Shown piece after piece: positions 7,805-17,502 of a stretch of DNA of 32,000 nt. This stretch comes from Parasynechococcus marenigrum WH 8102. Lineage in GTDB: Bacteria > Cyanobacteriota > Cyanobacteriia > PCC-6307 > Cyanobiaceae. The stretch is taken from positions 750,001-782,000 of the forward strand of contig NC_005070.1 of the NCBI RefSeq assembly GCF_000195975.1. The letters are read 5' to 3'. The notes below the pieces were generated by a model. The model was not told where the DNA came from. It did no database searches and saw nothing but the letters and a program-made list of their open reading frames with translations. Both the position numbers and the translations under genes were made by a program. Positions within the stretch are counted from its first letter, which is position 1, and every line of letters begins with the position of its first letter.

Positions 7805-8347
7805 ATGGGACGTCTGCTGCCTCGCGTTCTCTGTTGTGTTGTGGTGCTGCTGCTGCTGGTGTCTCCGGCTCAGGCCGTTCTCAACGACGACAACTACGAC
7901 GGCAATATTTACGCCCTCTATGCCGGTAACGGCTCCCTGGTGCCCCCGGCTAACACCCTGGAGGACACCCTGGCGGACCAGCGCACGGCCGTGATCGTCT
8001 ACTACCTCGATGACAGTGCCGTCAGCAAACGCTTTGCGCCTGTGGTTTCTGAACTGCAGCGCCTCTGGGGTCGAGGCATCGATCTTCTGCCCCTCACCAT
8101 TGACCCGCTGCAGGGGCGTCAGCCGACCGGAGCTGCTGATCCCGCCAGTTACTGGCGGGGGCAGATTCCGCAGGTGGTGGTGATCGACCCCAAAGGTGAT
8201 GTGGTGTTCGATCAGGAGGGACAGGTCCCCCTCGGTTCGATCAATGAAGCCATCAGCCGTGCTACAGGTCTACCGGCCCCTGAGTTGCCGGCGATCAATC
8301 AGGAAGGCAGCTTCAACGAGGTCAATATCGAGGTCACCCCTCGCTGA
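7805..8347 (+). CDS. Secreted/lumenal thioredoxin-fold protein without CxxC (resembles cyanobacterial 'thylakoid membrane PSI accumulation factor')
   Basis: Signal peptide MGRLLPRVLCCVVVLLLLVSPAQA. The Trx-like core is TAVIVYYLDDSAVSKRFAPVVSEL...IPQVVVIDPKGDVVF, with Cys replaced (DDSAVSK). Confidence 0.6.
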   Translation: MGRLLPRVLCCVVVLLLLVSPAQAVLNDDNYDGNIYALYAGNGSLVPPANTLEDTLADQRTAVIVYYLDDSAVSKRFAPVVSELQRLWGRGIDLLPLTIDPLQGRQPTGAADPASYWRGQIPQVVVIDPKGDVVFDQEGQVPLGSINEAISRATGLPAPELPAINQEGSFNEVNIEVTPR

Positions 8348-8381
8348 TCGGCTTACGCTGCGGCGCAGCTGATTCACCGTT

Positions 8382-9542
8382 GTGTCGCTGCTGATCGCCC
8401 CCCTGGCCCTCGGAGCGGGGGTGGCCTGGTTGGAAGCCCGCCATCGGTTGCGGCCCGCCTCCCCCCTGTGGCTGATGGCCAGGGATTGGAAAGTCAGCTC
8501 CAGTGCTGATGTATTGCGTGTCGCCGGTGTGCTGGAGATCAGCAACCCCCATCCACGCATGGAGGTTTTCGTGCCGGAGCTGCGGGTGGAACCCACGCTG
8601 CTGGGCAGGGCTGATCTTTCCAGTCTCACCGTCACCACAAGAATCCAGGCCGATCATCCCGATGAGGAGCCCCGTGCTGATGGCTATTGGGCCGCATACA
8701 TCGTCAAGGGCCTGAAGACCACACGAGCTCGGGTGACGATTGAGATCCGTGGTGGCGCAGCGTTGGAGCTGGTCGACACGCTCTGGGTTGATGTGCAATG
8801 GATGAATTACGGCCCGTTCGGACGTCTGTCCCGCCGTCAGGGGGTGCCTGTGGCGGTGCGCGGTCCAAGACCTCTGCGTGCTGATCAGGCTCAGTGGCAG
8901 AGCGGAGACGGTTGCACTGTTTTGCCCGTGAAGACCCACCTGCTCGGCCCCCTCGATGATCCGATTGAGGTGTTGCGGCGGTATGCAGCCCCTCTCCTGC
9001 AACCCGGCGATGTGCTGACGATCGGCGAGACACCACTGGCGGTGATTCAAGGCCGCTACCAGCACCCCAGTGAAGTGGAACCAGGAATGCTCGCCAGGTT
9101 GGCCTGCCGGGTGTTTCACCCCACCAGCAGCCTGGCGACGGCGTGCGGAATGCAGACCCTGATCGATGTGGTGGGCCCCACCCGGGTGATCGCAGCCTGG
9201 ATCGGTGGTCTCCTGATGAAACTGGTGTCGATCCCAGGAGGCTTCTATCGCCTGGCGGGGGATCAGGCCCGCCTGATTGATGACATCACAGGAACCACTC
9301 CGCCCTACGACCAGACCATCGTGCTGGGACCGGAACGGTCGGCGTCGTTCTGCGCCGAGGCCTCCGAGGCTCTTGGCGTCGATGTCGCCATCGTCGACGT
9401 CAACGATCTCGGCCGGGTCAAGGTGCTGGCCTCCAGTTCCGGCTGTGATGAACCACTGCTGCAGCGCGCCCTGAAGCCCAATCCTGCTGGCAATGCCAAC
9501 CAGCGCACACCACTGGTGTTGGTGCGTTCTGGTCGCGGTTGA
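8382..9542 (+). CDS. CofE-like (F420-0:gamma-glutamyl ligase family) protein with N-terminal membrane-anchored extension
   Basis: GTG start. The C-terminal ~210 aa (LQPGDVLTIGETPLAVIQGRY, ARLIDDITGT, VAIVDVNDLG, NPAGNANQRTPLVLVR) match the CofE fold pattern. The N-terminal ~175 aa is an unrelated extension with a TM helix. Confidence 0.65.
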   Translation: MSLLIAPLALGAGVAWLEARHRLRPASPLWLMARDWKVSSSADVLRVAGVLEISNPHPRMEVFVPELRVEPTLLGRADLSSLTVTTRIQADHPDEEPRADGYWAAYIVKGLKTTRARVTIEIRGGAALELVDTLWVDVQWMNYGPFGRLSRRQGVPVAVRGPRPLRADQAQWQSGDGCTVLPVKTHLLGPLDDPIEVLRRYAAPLLQPGDVLTIGETPLAVIQGRYQHPSEVEPGMLARLACRVFHPTSSLATACGMQTLIDVVGPTRVIAAWIGGLLMKLVSIPGGFYRLAGDQARLIDDITGTTPPYDQTIVLGPERSASFCAEASEALGVDVAIVDVNDLGRVKVLASSSGCDEPLLQRALKPNPAGNANQRTPLVLVRSGRG

Positions 9543-9560
9543 GCACTACATTGAGCTTGG

Positions 9561-10574
9561 ATGCGCCCGGGGGGAGGAATGACAGCACAACCCCTGCAGC
9601 CCCTGAAGGTTGAACCCCTCAGTCCGACCCATCTGGCCTGGTTTCCGCAGCTTCAGACCGTGCTGCTGGGCGACTGGCTGGCTCGGGTTGAGCAACGCTT
9701 TCCGGATCTGCTGCCGAGTCGCTCACCCCGCTGCTTCATCGCGCTGGATGCGGACGGCCCTCTGGCCGCTGTTGTGGTGCAACCGATCAACCGCCGTGGC
9801 AGCTGCTGGACCTTGCAGCGGCCCCAGCAGTTGATTCGCGAGAGCGTCCATGGGCTCAGGACAGTGCAGCGCACCCTTCTGCAGACCGTGCTTCAGCAGG
9901 GTGATCGTCAGGTCGGCAGCTGGGTGATCCGCTGCCCAGCCGGCGATGCCGATGCCATTGCCCTGTTGCGGGAACTCGGTTTCCAACCGCTTCGCCCGTT
10001 TCAGGTGTGGCATCCTCCTGCGAACCCATCAACACCGATAGAGCCGTTGCCCCAGGGGCTGACCTGGCAGCCGATCAACCGCCGCAATGCCCAGCGCCTC
10101 TGGCCGATTGAACAGGGGGGCTGTTTCAGCCATCTGCGCCAGATCACCGATCGCCATTGGTTGGATCTGCTCGATCGCCGCGGTCCGGGCTGTGGTGTCT
10201 TGATGGCTGGTGATGCTGTGCTGGCGGGTTGTTTGCGATTAGGGGAAGGCGAGGATCAGCACACGTTGGAGCTGATCCGCGATGTGGCCTGGGATCCCCG
10301 TCTCGATCAGGCCCTTCCGCAGCTGTTGAGCCGGCTTCAACGGCAGAGCTGCGTCGCCGGGCTGAGCACGGCTCTGAATGATGCGCCGATGGCCGAGCTG
10401 CTCAGTCGTGAGGGCTGGCGCCGTGGTGCAGAGCAGTTGCTGATGGGTCGCAGCATGTGGCGACGTCAGACAGCCCCGCGCAACCTGCAGCTCAGCCGCT
10501 CCTTTGATCAGGTCCTGGGTCGCCTGCGTCCCCAGGGGCAACCCATGCCATCCCCGAGTCTGGGTCGTCGCTGA
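9561..10574 (+). CDS. Hypothetical protein, probable GNAT-type acetyltransferase fold
   Basis: 337-aa ORF (alternative ATG at 9579). Segments such as IALDADGPLAAVVVQPINRRG...DADAIALLRELGFQPL resemble GNAT motif A/B regions. The assignment is weak. Confidence 0.5.
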   Translation: MRPGGGMTAQPLQPLKVEPLSPTHLAWFPQLQTVLLGDWLARVEQRFPDLLPSRSPRCFIALDADGPLAAVVVQPINRRGSCWTLQRPQQLIRESVHGLRTVQRTLLQTVLQQGDRQVGSWVIRCPAGDADAIALLRELGFQPLRPFQVWHPPANPSTPIEPLPQGLTWQPINRRNAQRLWPIEQGGCFSHLRQITDRHWLDLLDRRGPGCGVLMAGDAVLAGCLRLGEGEDQHTLELIRDVAWDPRLDQALPQLLSRLQRQSCVAGLSTALNDAPMAELLSREGWRRGAEQLLMGRSMWRRQTAPRNLQLSRSFDQVLGRLRPQGQPMPSPSLGRR

Positions 10575-10575
10575 G

Positions 10576-11049
10576 GTGCCCCGACCCTGCTCGGTTCTGA
10601 GTCTGGATGTGGGACGCAAGCGGATCGGTCTGGCCGGCTGCGATCCTCTTGGCATCACTGTGACCCCCATAAAGGCGCTGCATCGAGGGCGCTTTGATGA
10701 TGATCTCCCCGTGCTGCAACAGCTCTGCCAGGACCGTCGGGTTCAGGGCCTGGTGGTGGGGCTGCCGCTGGATGCCGCCGGTCAGCCCACAGCCCAGGCG
10801 GACCACTGCCTGCGCTACGGCAGGCGTCTCGCCCAGGCCCTGCAGTTGCCCCTCGCTTGGGTGAACGAGCACAGCAGCACCTGGGCAGCAGGGGAGCGCC
10901 ATGGGCTGAAGGGAGATCGCTCTGGTCGGCTTGACAGTGCAGCTGCAGCGCTGCTGCTGGACCAATGGCTTCGTGAGGGGCCGGATCTCAAACCGGTCCA
11001 AGGCCTCCTGGGCGGCGCGGGCGCTGAGCTGGTCGATGGTGGATCCTGA
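10576..11049 (+). CDS. ruvX: Holliday junction resolvase-like nuclease RuvX (YqgF)
   Basis: Track ORF 10504..11049 trimmed to GTG 10576, 2 nt after the upstream stop. LSLDVGRKRIGLAGCD, VQGLVVGLPLDAAG and DSAAAALLLDQWL are YqgF family hallmarks. Confidence 0.85.
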   Translation: MPRPCSVLSLDVGRKRIGLAGCDPLGITVTPIKALHRGRFDDDLPVLQQLCQDRRVQGLVVGLPLDAAGQPTAQADHCLRYGRRLAQALQLPLAWVNEHSSTWAAGERHGLKGDRSGRLDSAAAALLLDQWLREGPDLKPVQGLLGGAGAELVDGGS

Positions 11050-11054
11050 GCGCA

Positions 11055-11618
11055 GTGAATTCAACGTCCATGCGTGACTCGGCCTCCGGCAGCAGTGACG
11101 TTCCTACCGTTTTGGTGCGTGATAGCGATGGTCGTGATCTGCTCTGCTTCCTTGAGCAGTTGATTCGCCTCGATGGCACCGATTACGTCCTGCTGACGCC
11201 GGTCGATACGCCGGTATCTCTGTTTCGACTTCAGGACGATGCCGACCCTGAGCCGATCATCACCCTCAACAGCAGTGAACCGATTCTTTCGGTTGCTGAT
11301 GTGGTGCTTCAGGAGCATGACCTCACGCTCGTGCGGTCTGCAGTCACGCTCACGGTGAGCGGTGAACTGGATGAACCCGATCCGGATGAGCTGGAGGATG
11401 AAGACGACGATGACGGTGACGAGGATTCCGAGACCTTTGAATTGTTGGTGAGCTTCATGGTCGAGGAGCAGGAGTTCGGCTTGTACATTCCGCTCGACCC
11501 GTTCTTCGTGGTGGCCCGCATGGTCGATGGCCAGGCGGAATTGGTGGAGGGTGAGGATTTCGATCTGATTCAGCCGCGCCTTGAAGCGGAGCTTGAGGAG
11601 AGGGAATGGCCGGAGTGA
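11055..11618 (+). CDS. DUF3727-type acidic protein
   Basis: 187-aa ORF (GTG 11055; ATG 11070 is an alternative). It has two DUF1292/DUF3727-like modules (LLCFLEQLIRLDGTDYVLLTPVD; FELLVSFMVEEQEFGLYIPLDPFF) separated by an acidic run DEPDPDELEDEDDDDGDEDSE. Confidence 0.7.
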   Translation: MNSTSMRDSASGSSDVPTVLVRDSDGRDLLCFLEQLIRLDGTDYVLLTPVDTPVSLFRLQDDADPEPIITLNSSEPILSVADVVLQEHDLTLVRSAVTLTVSGELDEPDPDELEDEDDDDGDEDSETFELLVSFMVEEQEFGLYIPLDPFFVVARMVDGQAELVEGEDFDLIQPRLEAELEEREWPE

Positions 11619-12127
11619 TCGCTCAACATCGACTGCAGCCCAGCTGGGATCCGGGATTGACCATTGCCCATCTCTCCCTCCCCCATCTGCTGTCCCGAGG
11701 GCTGTCCGCCGCTGTGCTGGACGTGGATCGGACCCTGTTGCCTGGCCGCGATGTGACCCTGCCTGAGCCAGTTCTGGTCTGGCTGACGGATGCCAAACGT
11801 CGCCTGAAACTGCACCTGTTCAGCAACAACCCGTCCCACGCGCGGATTGCTGCCGTCGCCGATCAACTCGGAGTGAGCTTCACCTGCGGTGCCCGTAAAC
11901 CCAGGCGGGGCGCCCTGCGTCGCGTCATCGATGAGCTTGATCTGCCCCCGGAACGCATCGCCATGATCGGCGATCGTTTGTTCACCGACGTGTGGTGCGG
12001 CAATCGACTCGGTCTCTACACCGTGCTGGTGCAACCCATCTCCCAGAACGGGCAGCCCTGTCGCCATGACCGGGTCCAACGGTTGGAACGTCGTCTCGCC
12101 GCTTGGATGGGGGCCCCCACGGCATGA
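11606..12127 (+). CDS. YqeG-family HAD-IIIA phosphatase
   Basis: HAD motif I is VLDVDRTLL, motif II is LFSNN, and motifs III/IV are KPRR...IGDRLFTDV. It overlaps the upstream gene by 13 nt. Confidence 0.8.
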   Translation: MAGVIAQHRLQPSWDPGLTIAHLSLPHLLSRGLSAAVLDVDRTLLPGRDVTLPEPVLVWLTDAKRRLKLHLFSNNPSHARIAAVADQLGVSFTCGARKPRRGALRRVIDELDLPPERIAMIGDRLFTDVWCGNRLGLYTVLVQPISQNGQPCRHDRVQRLERRLAAWMGAPTA

Positions 12128-13197
12128 CGCTGTGGGTGGTGAAGCTGGGCACGAGCTTGTTGCGGGGGGATACCGCCGCAACGATCGCTGGTTTCGCCGC
12201 AGGCATTGCTGCTGCCTTCGCAAGGGGCGATCGCGTTGTGCTGGTTTCCAGTGGTGCTGTCGGCCTCGGTTGCCAGCGGCTTCAGCTTCCCCAGAGGCCC
12301 GAGACCGTGGTGGCCCTGCAGGCGGCGGCTGCCACCGGGCAGGGTCAGCTGATGGCTTTGTACGAACGGGCCTTGGCGAACCACGGCATCGCTGTGGCCC
12401 AGATCCTTGTCACCCGGTCAGATCTGGCTGATCGTCGCCGTTATCAGAACGCCTCAGGAACCCTGCAGCAGCTGTTGCAGTGGGGTGTGTTGCCGGTGGT
12501 CAATGAAAACGACGCTATCTCCCCGGCGGAGCTCCGCTTCGGAGACAACGACACCCTGTCTGCCCTAGTGGCGGCGGCCGTTGGTGCCGACCAGCTCATC
12601 CTGCTCACCGACGTGGACCGTCTGTACTCAGCCGATCCGCGGCTTGTCGTCGATGCCCGCCCGATTTCCGATGTGCACCACCCACGGGAGCTCGACGCCC
12701 TTGAAGCCGTCGCCGGTGATGGCGGACGTTGGGGCCGCGGCGGCATGACCACCAAGCTGGCGGCGGCCAGGATTGCCACCGCCAGCGGCATCACTGTGCA
12801 TCTGGCAGATGGTCGGGATCCCAGGCGCCTCGATGCCCTGCTTCAGGGGGAACGCGGGGGAACGGTGTTTCATCCCCACCCGGAACCCCTGGGCAACCGT
12901 CGCAGCTGGCTGGCTCATGCCTTGCAACCCCAGGGCGAGCTGACGCTGGATGCCGGTGCCTGCGATGCCTTGCATCAGCGGGGGTCCTCCCTGTTGATGG
13001 TTGGGATTACTGCGGTGAAGGGGGTGTTCGGCGCCAATCAACCGGTCCGGTTGCAGGGTCCTGACGGCCGCGAGCTGGGACGCGGCCTTTGCCAGCTGTC
13101 CAGCGCAGCTGTTCAGCGCGCTCTTGATGCTGCGCCGGCCGCTGGTCCATCGCCTGTGGTGGTGCATCGGGACGCCCTGGTGCTTCACAGCCGCTGA
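12124..13197 (+). CDS. proB: Glutamate 5-kinase (with PUA domain)
   Basis: Track ORF 12103..13197 trimmed to ATG 12124, which forms an ATGA overlap with the yqeG-like stop. Motifs [30 protein letters not shown] and [10 protein letters not shown] are present, followed by a C-terminal PUA-like region. Confidence 0.93.
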   Translation: MTLWVVKLGTSLLRGDTAATIAGFAAGIAAAFARGDRVVLVSSGAVGLGCQRLQLPQRPETVVALQAAAATGQGQLMALYERALANHGIAVAQILVTRSDLADRRRYQNASGTLQQLLQWGVLPVVNENDAISPAELRFGDNDTLSALVAAAVGADQLILLTDVDRLYSADPRLVVDARPISDVHHPRELDALEAVAGDGGRWGRGGMTTKLAAARIATASGITVHLADGRDPRRLDALLQGERGGTVFHPHPEPLGNRRSWLAHALQPQGELTLDAGACDALHQRGSSLLMVGITAVKGVFGANQPVRLQGPDGRELGRGLCQLSSAAVQRALDAAPAAGPSPVVVHRDALVLHSR

Positions 13198-13232
13198 GCG
13201 CGCCTACGATTCGGCCGCCGCACCGCGACGCC

Positions 13233-14276
13233 ATGCGATTCAGCAGCTTGATCAAGGCCCTCCAAGCGGGTGAGTCGGGATTGCGCTGGAGTCAGCTCGG
13301 CCAGGACCCAGACCTGTCCGGTGCCGCCGCTCTTGATCAGGCGTTGGGAGACCAGCTGAGTTTTCTAGAGGCGGGCAATGTGCTGTCGGCATCCCTCAGT
13401 GACAGTGCTGTCGGGGCGTTGCTGCTGCCCGATCAGCAGGATCTGATCGACCTCGCCAGCCAGCGGGGCATCGCCTTCGCTGTGGTGTCGGATCCACGCC
13501 TGGCCTTCGCTGAAGCACTCGACTGCCTGCATCCACGGCAGCGCCCACAGGCTGACATTCATCACACGGCCGTGATCGACGAGCGGGCTGTGGTGGGCCC
13601 CGGTACCGCCGTTGCCGCCCGCGTGTGCATTGGTGCTGGCAGCCGCGTCGGTGCCGACTGCATCGTTCATCCCGGTGTGGTGATTTACGACGACGTGGTG
13701 ATCGCTGACGGCTGTGAACTGCATGCCAACGCCGTGCTGCACCCCGGCAGTCGCCTGGGGAGACGTTGCGTGGTGAATTCCAACGCCGTGGTGGGTTCCG
13801 AGGGATTCGGCTTTGTTCCCACCGCCAAGGGGTGGCGCAAGATGCCTCAGACGGGGCAGGTGGTGCTGGAGGACGGGGTGGAGGTCGGCTGCGGCAGCAC
13901 CATTGACCGCCCATCCGTGGGGGAGACCCGGATCGGGGCTGGAACGAAGATCGACAACCTGGTGCAGATCGGGCATGGAGTGAGCACAGGCCGTGGCTGT
14001 GCTTTTGCCGCTCAGGTGGGCATCGCCGGCGGTGCCCGCATCGGTCACGGCGTCATCCTGGCTGGCCAGGTGGGAGTCGCGAACCGCGCGGTTGTCGGGG
14101 ATCGCGTGATGGCCAGCTCTAAGGCGGGGATCCATAACGATGTCGACGCCGGTGCCGTTGTGAGCGGCTATCCCGCCATTCCTCATCGCCTTTGGCTGCG
14201 CTGTTCCGCCGCCTTCAGCAAGCTTCCCGAGCTGGCCCGGACGGTGCGGGAGCTCAAACGCAACACCCCTCAGTAA
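13233..14276 (+). CDS. lpxD: UDP-3-O-acylglucosamine N-acyltransferase
   Basis: 347 aa. It has an LpxD-type N-terminal domain ([10 protein letters not shown]), a long run of hexapeptide repeats, and a C-terminal helix. Confidence 0.9.
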   Translation: MRFSSLIKALQAGESGLRWSQLGQDPDLSGAAALDQALGDQLSFLEAGNVLSASLSDSAVGALLLPDQQDLIDLASQRGIAFAVVSDPRLAFAEALDCLHPRQRPQADIHHTAVIDERAVVGPGTAVAARVCIGAGSRVGADCIVHPGVVIYDDVVIADGCELHANAVLHPGSRLGRRCVVNSNAVVGSEGFGFVPTAKGWRKMPQTGQVVLEDGVEVGCGSTIDRPSVGETRIGAGTKIDNLVQIGHGVSTGRGCAFAAQVGIAGGARIGHGVILAGQVGVANRAVVGDRVMASSKAGIHNDVDAGAVVSGYPAIPHRLWLRCSAAFSKLPELARTVRELKRNTPQ

Positions 14277-14308
14277 CCTCATCGGTCGATCTGCCGACCC
14301 GCATCGAC

Positions 14309-15382
14309 ATGGCCCAGCACCGCGTCGTCCTGCTTCCTGGAGATGGCATTGGCCCGGAGATCACGGCTGTGGCGCGCCAGTTGCTCGAGGCGGTGAGCCA
14401 GCGGCATGGTTTTGAACTGTGTTTTGACGGGCAGTTGATCGGTGGCAGTGCCATTGATGCCTGCGGTGAGCCCCTGCCCGCCAGCACGCTCGACGCCTGC
14501 AAGGCTGCTGATGCGGTTTTGCTGGCCGCCATCGGCAGCCCCCGCTTCGACAACCTTCCCCGCGACAAACGACCGGAAACCGGTTTGCTCGGGCTGAGGT
14601 CAGGCATGGCTCTGTTCGCCAACCTGCGCCCTGTGAAGATCGTTCCGGCGCTCATCGGTGCCAGCAGCCTGCGTCCGGAGGTGATCGAGGGTGTGGACCT
14701 GATGGTGGTGCGAGAACTCACCGGCGGGATCTACTTCGGGCAGCCCAAGGGACGGATCCAGGCCGACGGAGAGGAGCGTGGCTTCAACACGATGACCTAC
14801 TCCTCTAGCGAGGTGGATCGCATCGCCAGGGTGGCCTTCGACCTGGCCCGGGAACGTCGCGGCAACCTCTGCTCCGTGGACAAGGCCAACGTGCTGGATG
14901 TGAGCCAGCTGTGGCGGGACCGGGTGGATGCGATGGCTCCCGCCTACAGCGATGTGGAGGTCAGCCACATGTATGTGGACAACGCCGCGATGCAGCTGGT
15001 GCGCAGTCCACGCCAATTCGACGTGCTGCTTACGGGGAACCTGTTCGGAGATATCCTCAGCGATGAGGCCGCCATGCTCACCGGCTCGATCGGCATGCTT
15101 CCATCGGCCTCCCTTGGCAGCGACTGTCCTGGCCTGTTCGAGCCGGTGCATGGCTCTGCGCCGGACATCGCCGGCCAGGACAAGGCCAATCCAATGGCGA
15201 TGGTGCTCTCGGCCGCGATGATGCTGCGAATCGGTCTTAAGCAGACGGAGGCTGCCGCTGATCTCGAGGCGGCTGTGGACAAGGTGTTGGCGGCTGGCTT
15301 CCGCACCGGAGATCTGATGGCAGAGGGCTGCACCGCGCTGGGATGCCGTGCCATGGGCGACGCATTGTTGAAGGCTCTCTGA
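14309..15382 (+). CDS. leuB: 3-isopropylmalate dehydrogenase
   Basis: Track ORF 14192..15382 trimmed to ATG 14309 ([18 protein letters not shown]). [27 protein letters not shown] is the IMDH/IDH signature. Confidence 0.95.
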   Translation: MAQHRVVLLPGDGIGPEITAVARQLLEAVSQRHGFELCFDGQLIGGSAIDACGEPLPASTLDACKAADAVLLAAIGSPRFDNLPRDKRPETGLLGLRSGMALFANLRPVKIVPALIGASSLRPEVIEGVDLMVVRELTGGIYFGQPKGRIQADGEERGFNTMTYSSSEVDRIARVAFDLARERRGNLCSVDKANVLDVSQLWRDRVDAMAPAYSDVEVSHMYVDNAAMQLVRSPRQFDVLLTGNLFGDILSDEAAMLTGSIGMLPSASLGSDCPGLFEPVHGSAPDIAGQDKANPMAMVLSAAMMLRIGLKQTEAAADLEAAVDKVLAAGFRTGDLMAEGCTALGCRAMGDALLKAL

Positions 15383-15445
15383 GGCTGTATTGGTGAAATC
15401 GGGCCATGATCTGGCAAACTCGCCGAGCCTGTTGTCCCTGCGCTG

Positions 15446-16348
15446 ATGTCGAAGCGTCACCCGGTCGTCGCTGTCACCGGTTCCTCCGGAGCTGGAACCA
15501 GCACCGTCAAGCGCGCCTTCGAGCACATCTTTGCGCGTGAAGGCATCACACCTGCTGTGGTGGAGGGCGATAGCTACCACCGCTACGAGCGGATGCCGAT
15601 GAAACAGGCCATGGCGGACGCCCTGGCCCGTGGCGAGAACTTCTCCCACTTCGGTCCCGAAGCCAACCTGTTCGACAAGCTCGAGGAGCTGTTCCGCAGT
15701 TACGGCGAGACCGGTGCTGGGCAGAAGCGTTACTACCTCCACAGCGCCGAAGAGGCCGCTGAGCACAATGCTCGTCTCGGCGTTGACCTTGGCCCCGGTC
15801 AGTTCACGCCCTGGGAGGACATCCCAGCCGGGACAGACCTGCTCTTCTACGAAGGCCTGCACGGTGGTGTGAAGGGTGACGGCTACGACGTGGCCTCCCT
15901 CGCCGATCTGCTCGTTGGTGTTGTGCCCATCACCAACCTCGAGTGGATCCAGAAGATTCACCGCGACAACGCTGAGCGCGGCTACTCAGCTGAGGCGATC
16001 GTGGACACGATCCTGCGCCGCATGCCGGATTACATCAATCACATCTGCCCGCAGTTCGGCGAAACCGACATCAACTTCCAGCGTGTTCCCACGGTGGACA
16101 CCTCCAACCCGTTCATCTGCCGCAACATCCCGACGCCGGATGAAAGCTTCGTGATCATCCACTTTCGTAAGGGAGCCCGCGAGAAGTGGGGAATCGATTT
16201 CAACTATCTGTTGAACATGATCCACGACTCCTTCATGTCCAGCCCCACCAGCATTGTGGTGAACGGCGGCAAGATGGGTTTTGCGATGGAATTGATCCTC
16301 ACCCCGATCATTCACCGCATGATCGAAGAGAAGAAGAACCTGGGCTGA
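15446..16348 (+). CDS. prk: Phosphoribulokinase, class I (proteobacterial PrkA/PrkB-like) type
   Basis: 300 aa. MSKRHPVVAVTGSSGAGTSTVKRAFEHIF, LFYEGLHGG, VPITNLEWIQKIHRD, INFQRVPTVDTSNPF and ELILTPII are colinear with Rhodobacter/E. coli-type PRK as I remember them. The codon usage is strongly C-ending, like a highly expressed native gene. Confidence 0.9.
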   Translation: MSKRHPVVAVTGSSGAGTSTVKRAFEHIFAREGITPAVVEGDSYHRYERMPMKQAMADALARGENFSHFGPEANLFDKLEELFRSYGETGAGQKRYYLHSAEEAAEHNARLGVDLGPGQFTPWEDIPAGTDLLFYEGLHGGVKGDGYDVASLADLLVGVVPITNLEWIQKIHRDNAERGYSAEAIVDTILRRMPDYINHICPQFGETDINFQRVPTVDTSNPFICRNIPTPDESFVIIHFRKGAREKWGIDFNYLLNMIHDSFMSSPTSIVVNGGKMGFAMELILTPIIHRMIEEKKNLG

Positions 16349-16378
16349 TTTTGATCAGTTGACAATCTGATCCCTAAA

Positions 16379-16702
16379 GTGAGTTCATCTGAGCGATCAG
16401 GTGGGCCCATTTCCTCTTCAAAGCCCTCCTTCGAGATTCGCGGTGCCGCGGGAGTTCCTGCGTCTCCCCGTTGGGATCGGGTTGATAGCCGTGCCTTGAT
16501 TCAGGCGGCTCGAGGGGTGTACTTCTCCCATCTGTCTGAATCGAGCGGCATCAGGGATCCTCTCGGGGTGGTTCTGGCGCCCGGTCAACCAGGAGGCAGG
16601 GTCGTCTTTGAATTGCCTGTTCTGCTGCCTGAGGAGGAATTCATTGAGCTGGAGCTGATCCGGGGCCGCAGCGCCCGGGGGAGACGACGGTGGAAGGGAT
16701 GA
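16379..16702 (+). CDS. Hypothetical 107-aa protein
   Basis: GTG start. The stop TGA overlaps the ATG of the prepilin peptidase gene (ATGA at 16699-16702). I recognise no domain. The competing 369-aa minus-strand ORF looks like antisense noise. Confidence 0.4.
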   Translation: MSSSERSGGPISSSKPSFEIRGAAGVPASPRWDRVDSRALIQAARGVYFSHLSESSGIRDPLGVVLAPGQPGGRVVFELPVLLPEEEFIELELIRGRSARGRRRWKG

Positions 16703-17481
16703 CCCTGCTCATCGTTGCCCTGTTCGGGGCCTGCGTTGGCAGCTTCACCAACGTGGTGGTGTGGCGCCTGCCCCGGCAGGAATCGGTGGTGGTTCCCGGC
16801 AGCCATTGCCCTCGCTGCGGCCATGCCATCCGCTGGCACGACAATCTGCCGGTGATCGGCTGGCTGCTTCTCGGGGGGCGATGCCGTGATTGTGGTGCCG
16901 GCATCAGCTGGCGCTACCCGGCAGTCGAATTGGCAAGTGCCCTGCTCTGGCTCAGTGCCCTCTCGGTTCAAGCCGGTGGTGGTCTGTCGGAACCCTGGCG
17001 GCCCTGGGCCGGTCTGGTGCTGGTCGCTCTGTTGCTGCCTCTGGTCTTGATCGACATCGACCACCTCTGGCTGCCGGAACCGCTGTGCCGATGGGGGATG
17101 GTGCTGGGCCTTCTGTTCAGTGCAGGCGCTGGATGGACTGTTCTGGGCGATCACCTTGTTGCGGCAGCGCTGGCGTTGGTGCTGCTCGAGGGGCTGAGCG
17201 GGATGGCCGAGCGGATTCTTGGGCAGCCGGCTCTCGGTTTGGGGGACGCCAAGCTGGCGGCCCTGGGTGGTGCCTGGCTGGGAGCTGCAGGAATCGCCGT
17301 CGCGATGGCTCTGGGCACCCTGGTGGGAGCCGTCGTCGGCAGCGTGGGTCGGGTCTCCGGGCGGTTGCAGCCTCGTCAGGCCTTTGCCTTTGGTCCGTTC
17401 ATCGCCTTGGGGATCTGGCTGGTCTGGCTCAGGGGTGCTGACTGGTGGTGGGAGCAATGGCAGCGGCTGCTGGGTTTTTAA
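16699..17481 (+). CDS. pilD: Prepilin peptidase (A24 family, PilD-like)
   Basis: Track ORF 16690..17481, with ATG 16699 preferred. It has the zinc-ribbon CPRCGHAI...CRDCG, catalytic Asp motifs LIDIDHLWLP and LGLGDAKLAALGG, and is multi-TM. Confidence 0.88.
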   Translation: MTLLIVALFGACVGSFTNVVVWRLPRQESVVVPGSHCPRCGHAIRWHDNLPVIGWLLLGGRCRDCGAGISWRYPAVELASALLWLSALSVQAGGGLSEPWRPWAGLVLVALLLPLVLIDIDHLWLPEPLCRWGMVLGLLFSAGAGWTVLGDHLVAAALALVLLEGLSGMAERILGQPALGLGDAKLAALGGAWLGAAGIAVAMALGTLVGAVVGSVGRVSGRLQPRQAFAFGPFIALGIWLVWLRGADWWWEQWQRLLGF

Positions 17482-17502
17482 TGGTGGAAACGGGCGGCTC
17501 GT

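Noticed and set aside
13365-14282. 305-aa minus-strand ORF. The same reasoning applies to 3018..3935(+), 8334..9119(-), 18742..19599(-), 24335..24877(+), 27746..28360(-) and 28336..28842(-).
   Set aside because: All of these are long open frames opposite or out of frame to genes with strong family signatures, which is expected in ~60% GC DNA. None shows a recognisable domain.
14600-15961. 453-aa minus-strand ORF
   Set aside because: It is antisense to leuB and prk, both of which have unambiguous motifs. Its His/Gly/Arg/Val-rich composition is typical of antisense frames in GC-rich DNA.
16353-16372. GATCAG-N8-CTGATC hairpin with embedded TTGACA after prk
   Set aside because: The stem is only 6 bp with no T-tract, and no properly spaced -10 follows the TTGACA. 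This is too weak to call a terminator or a promoter.
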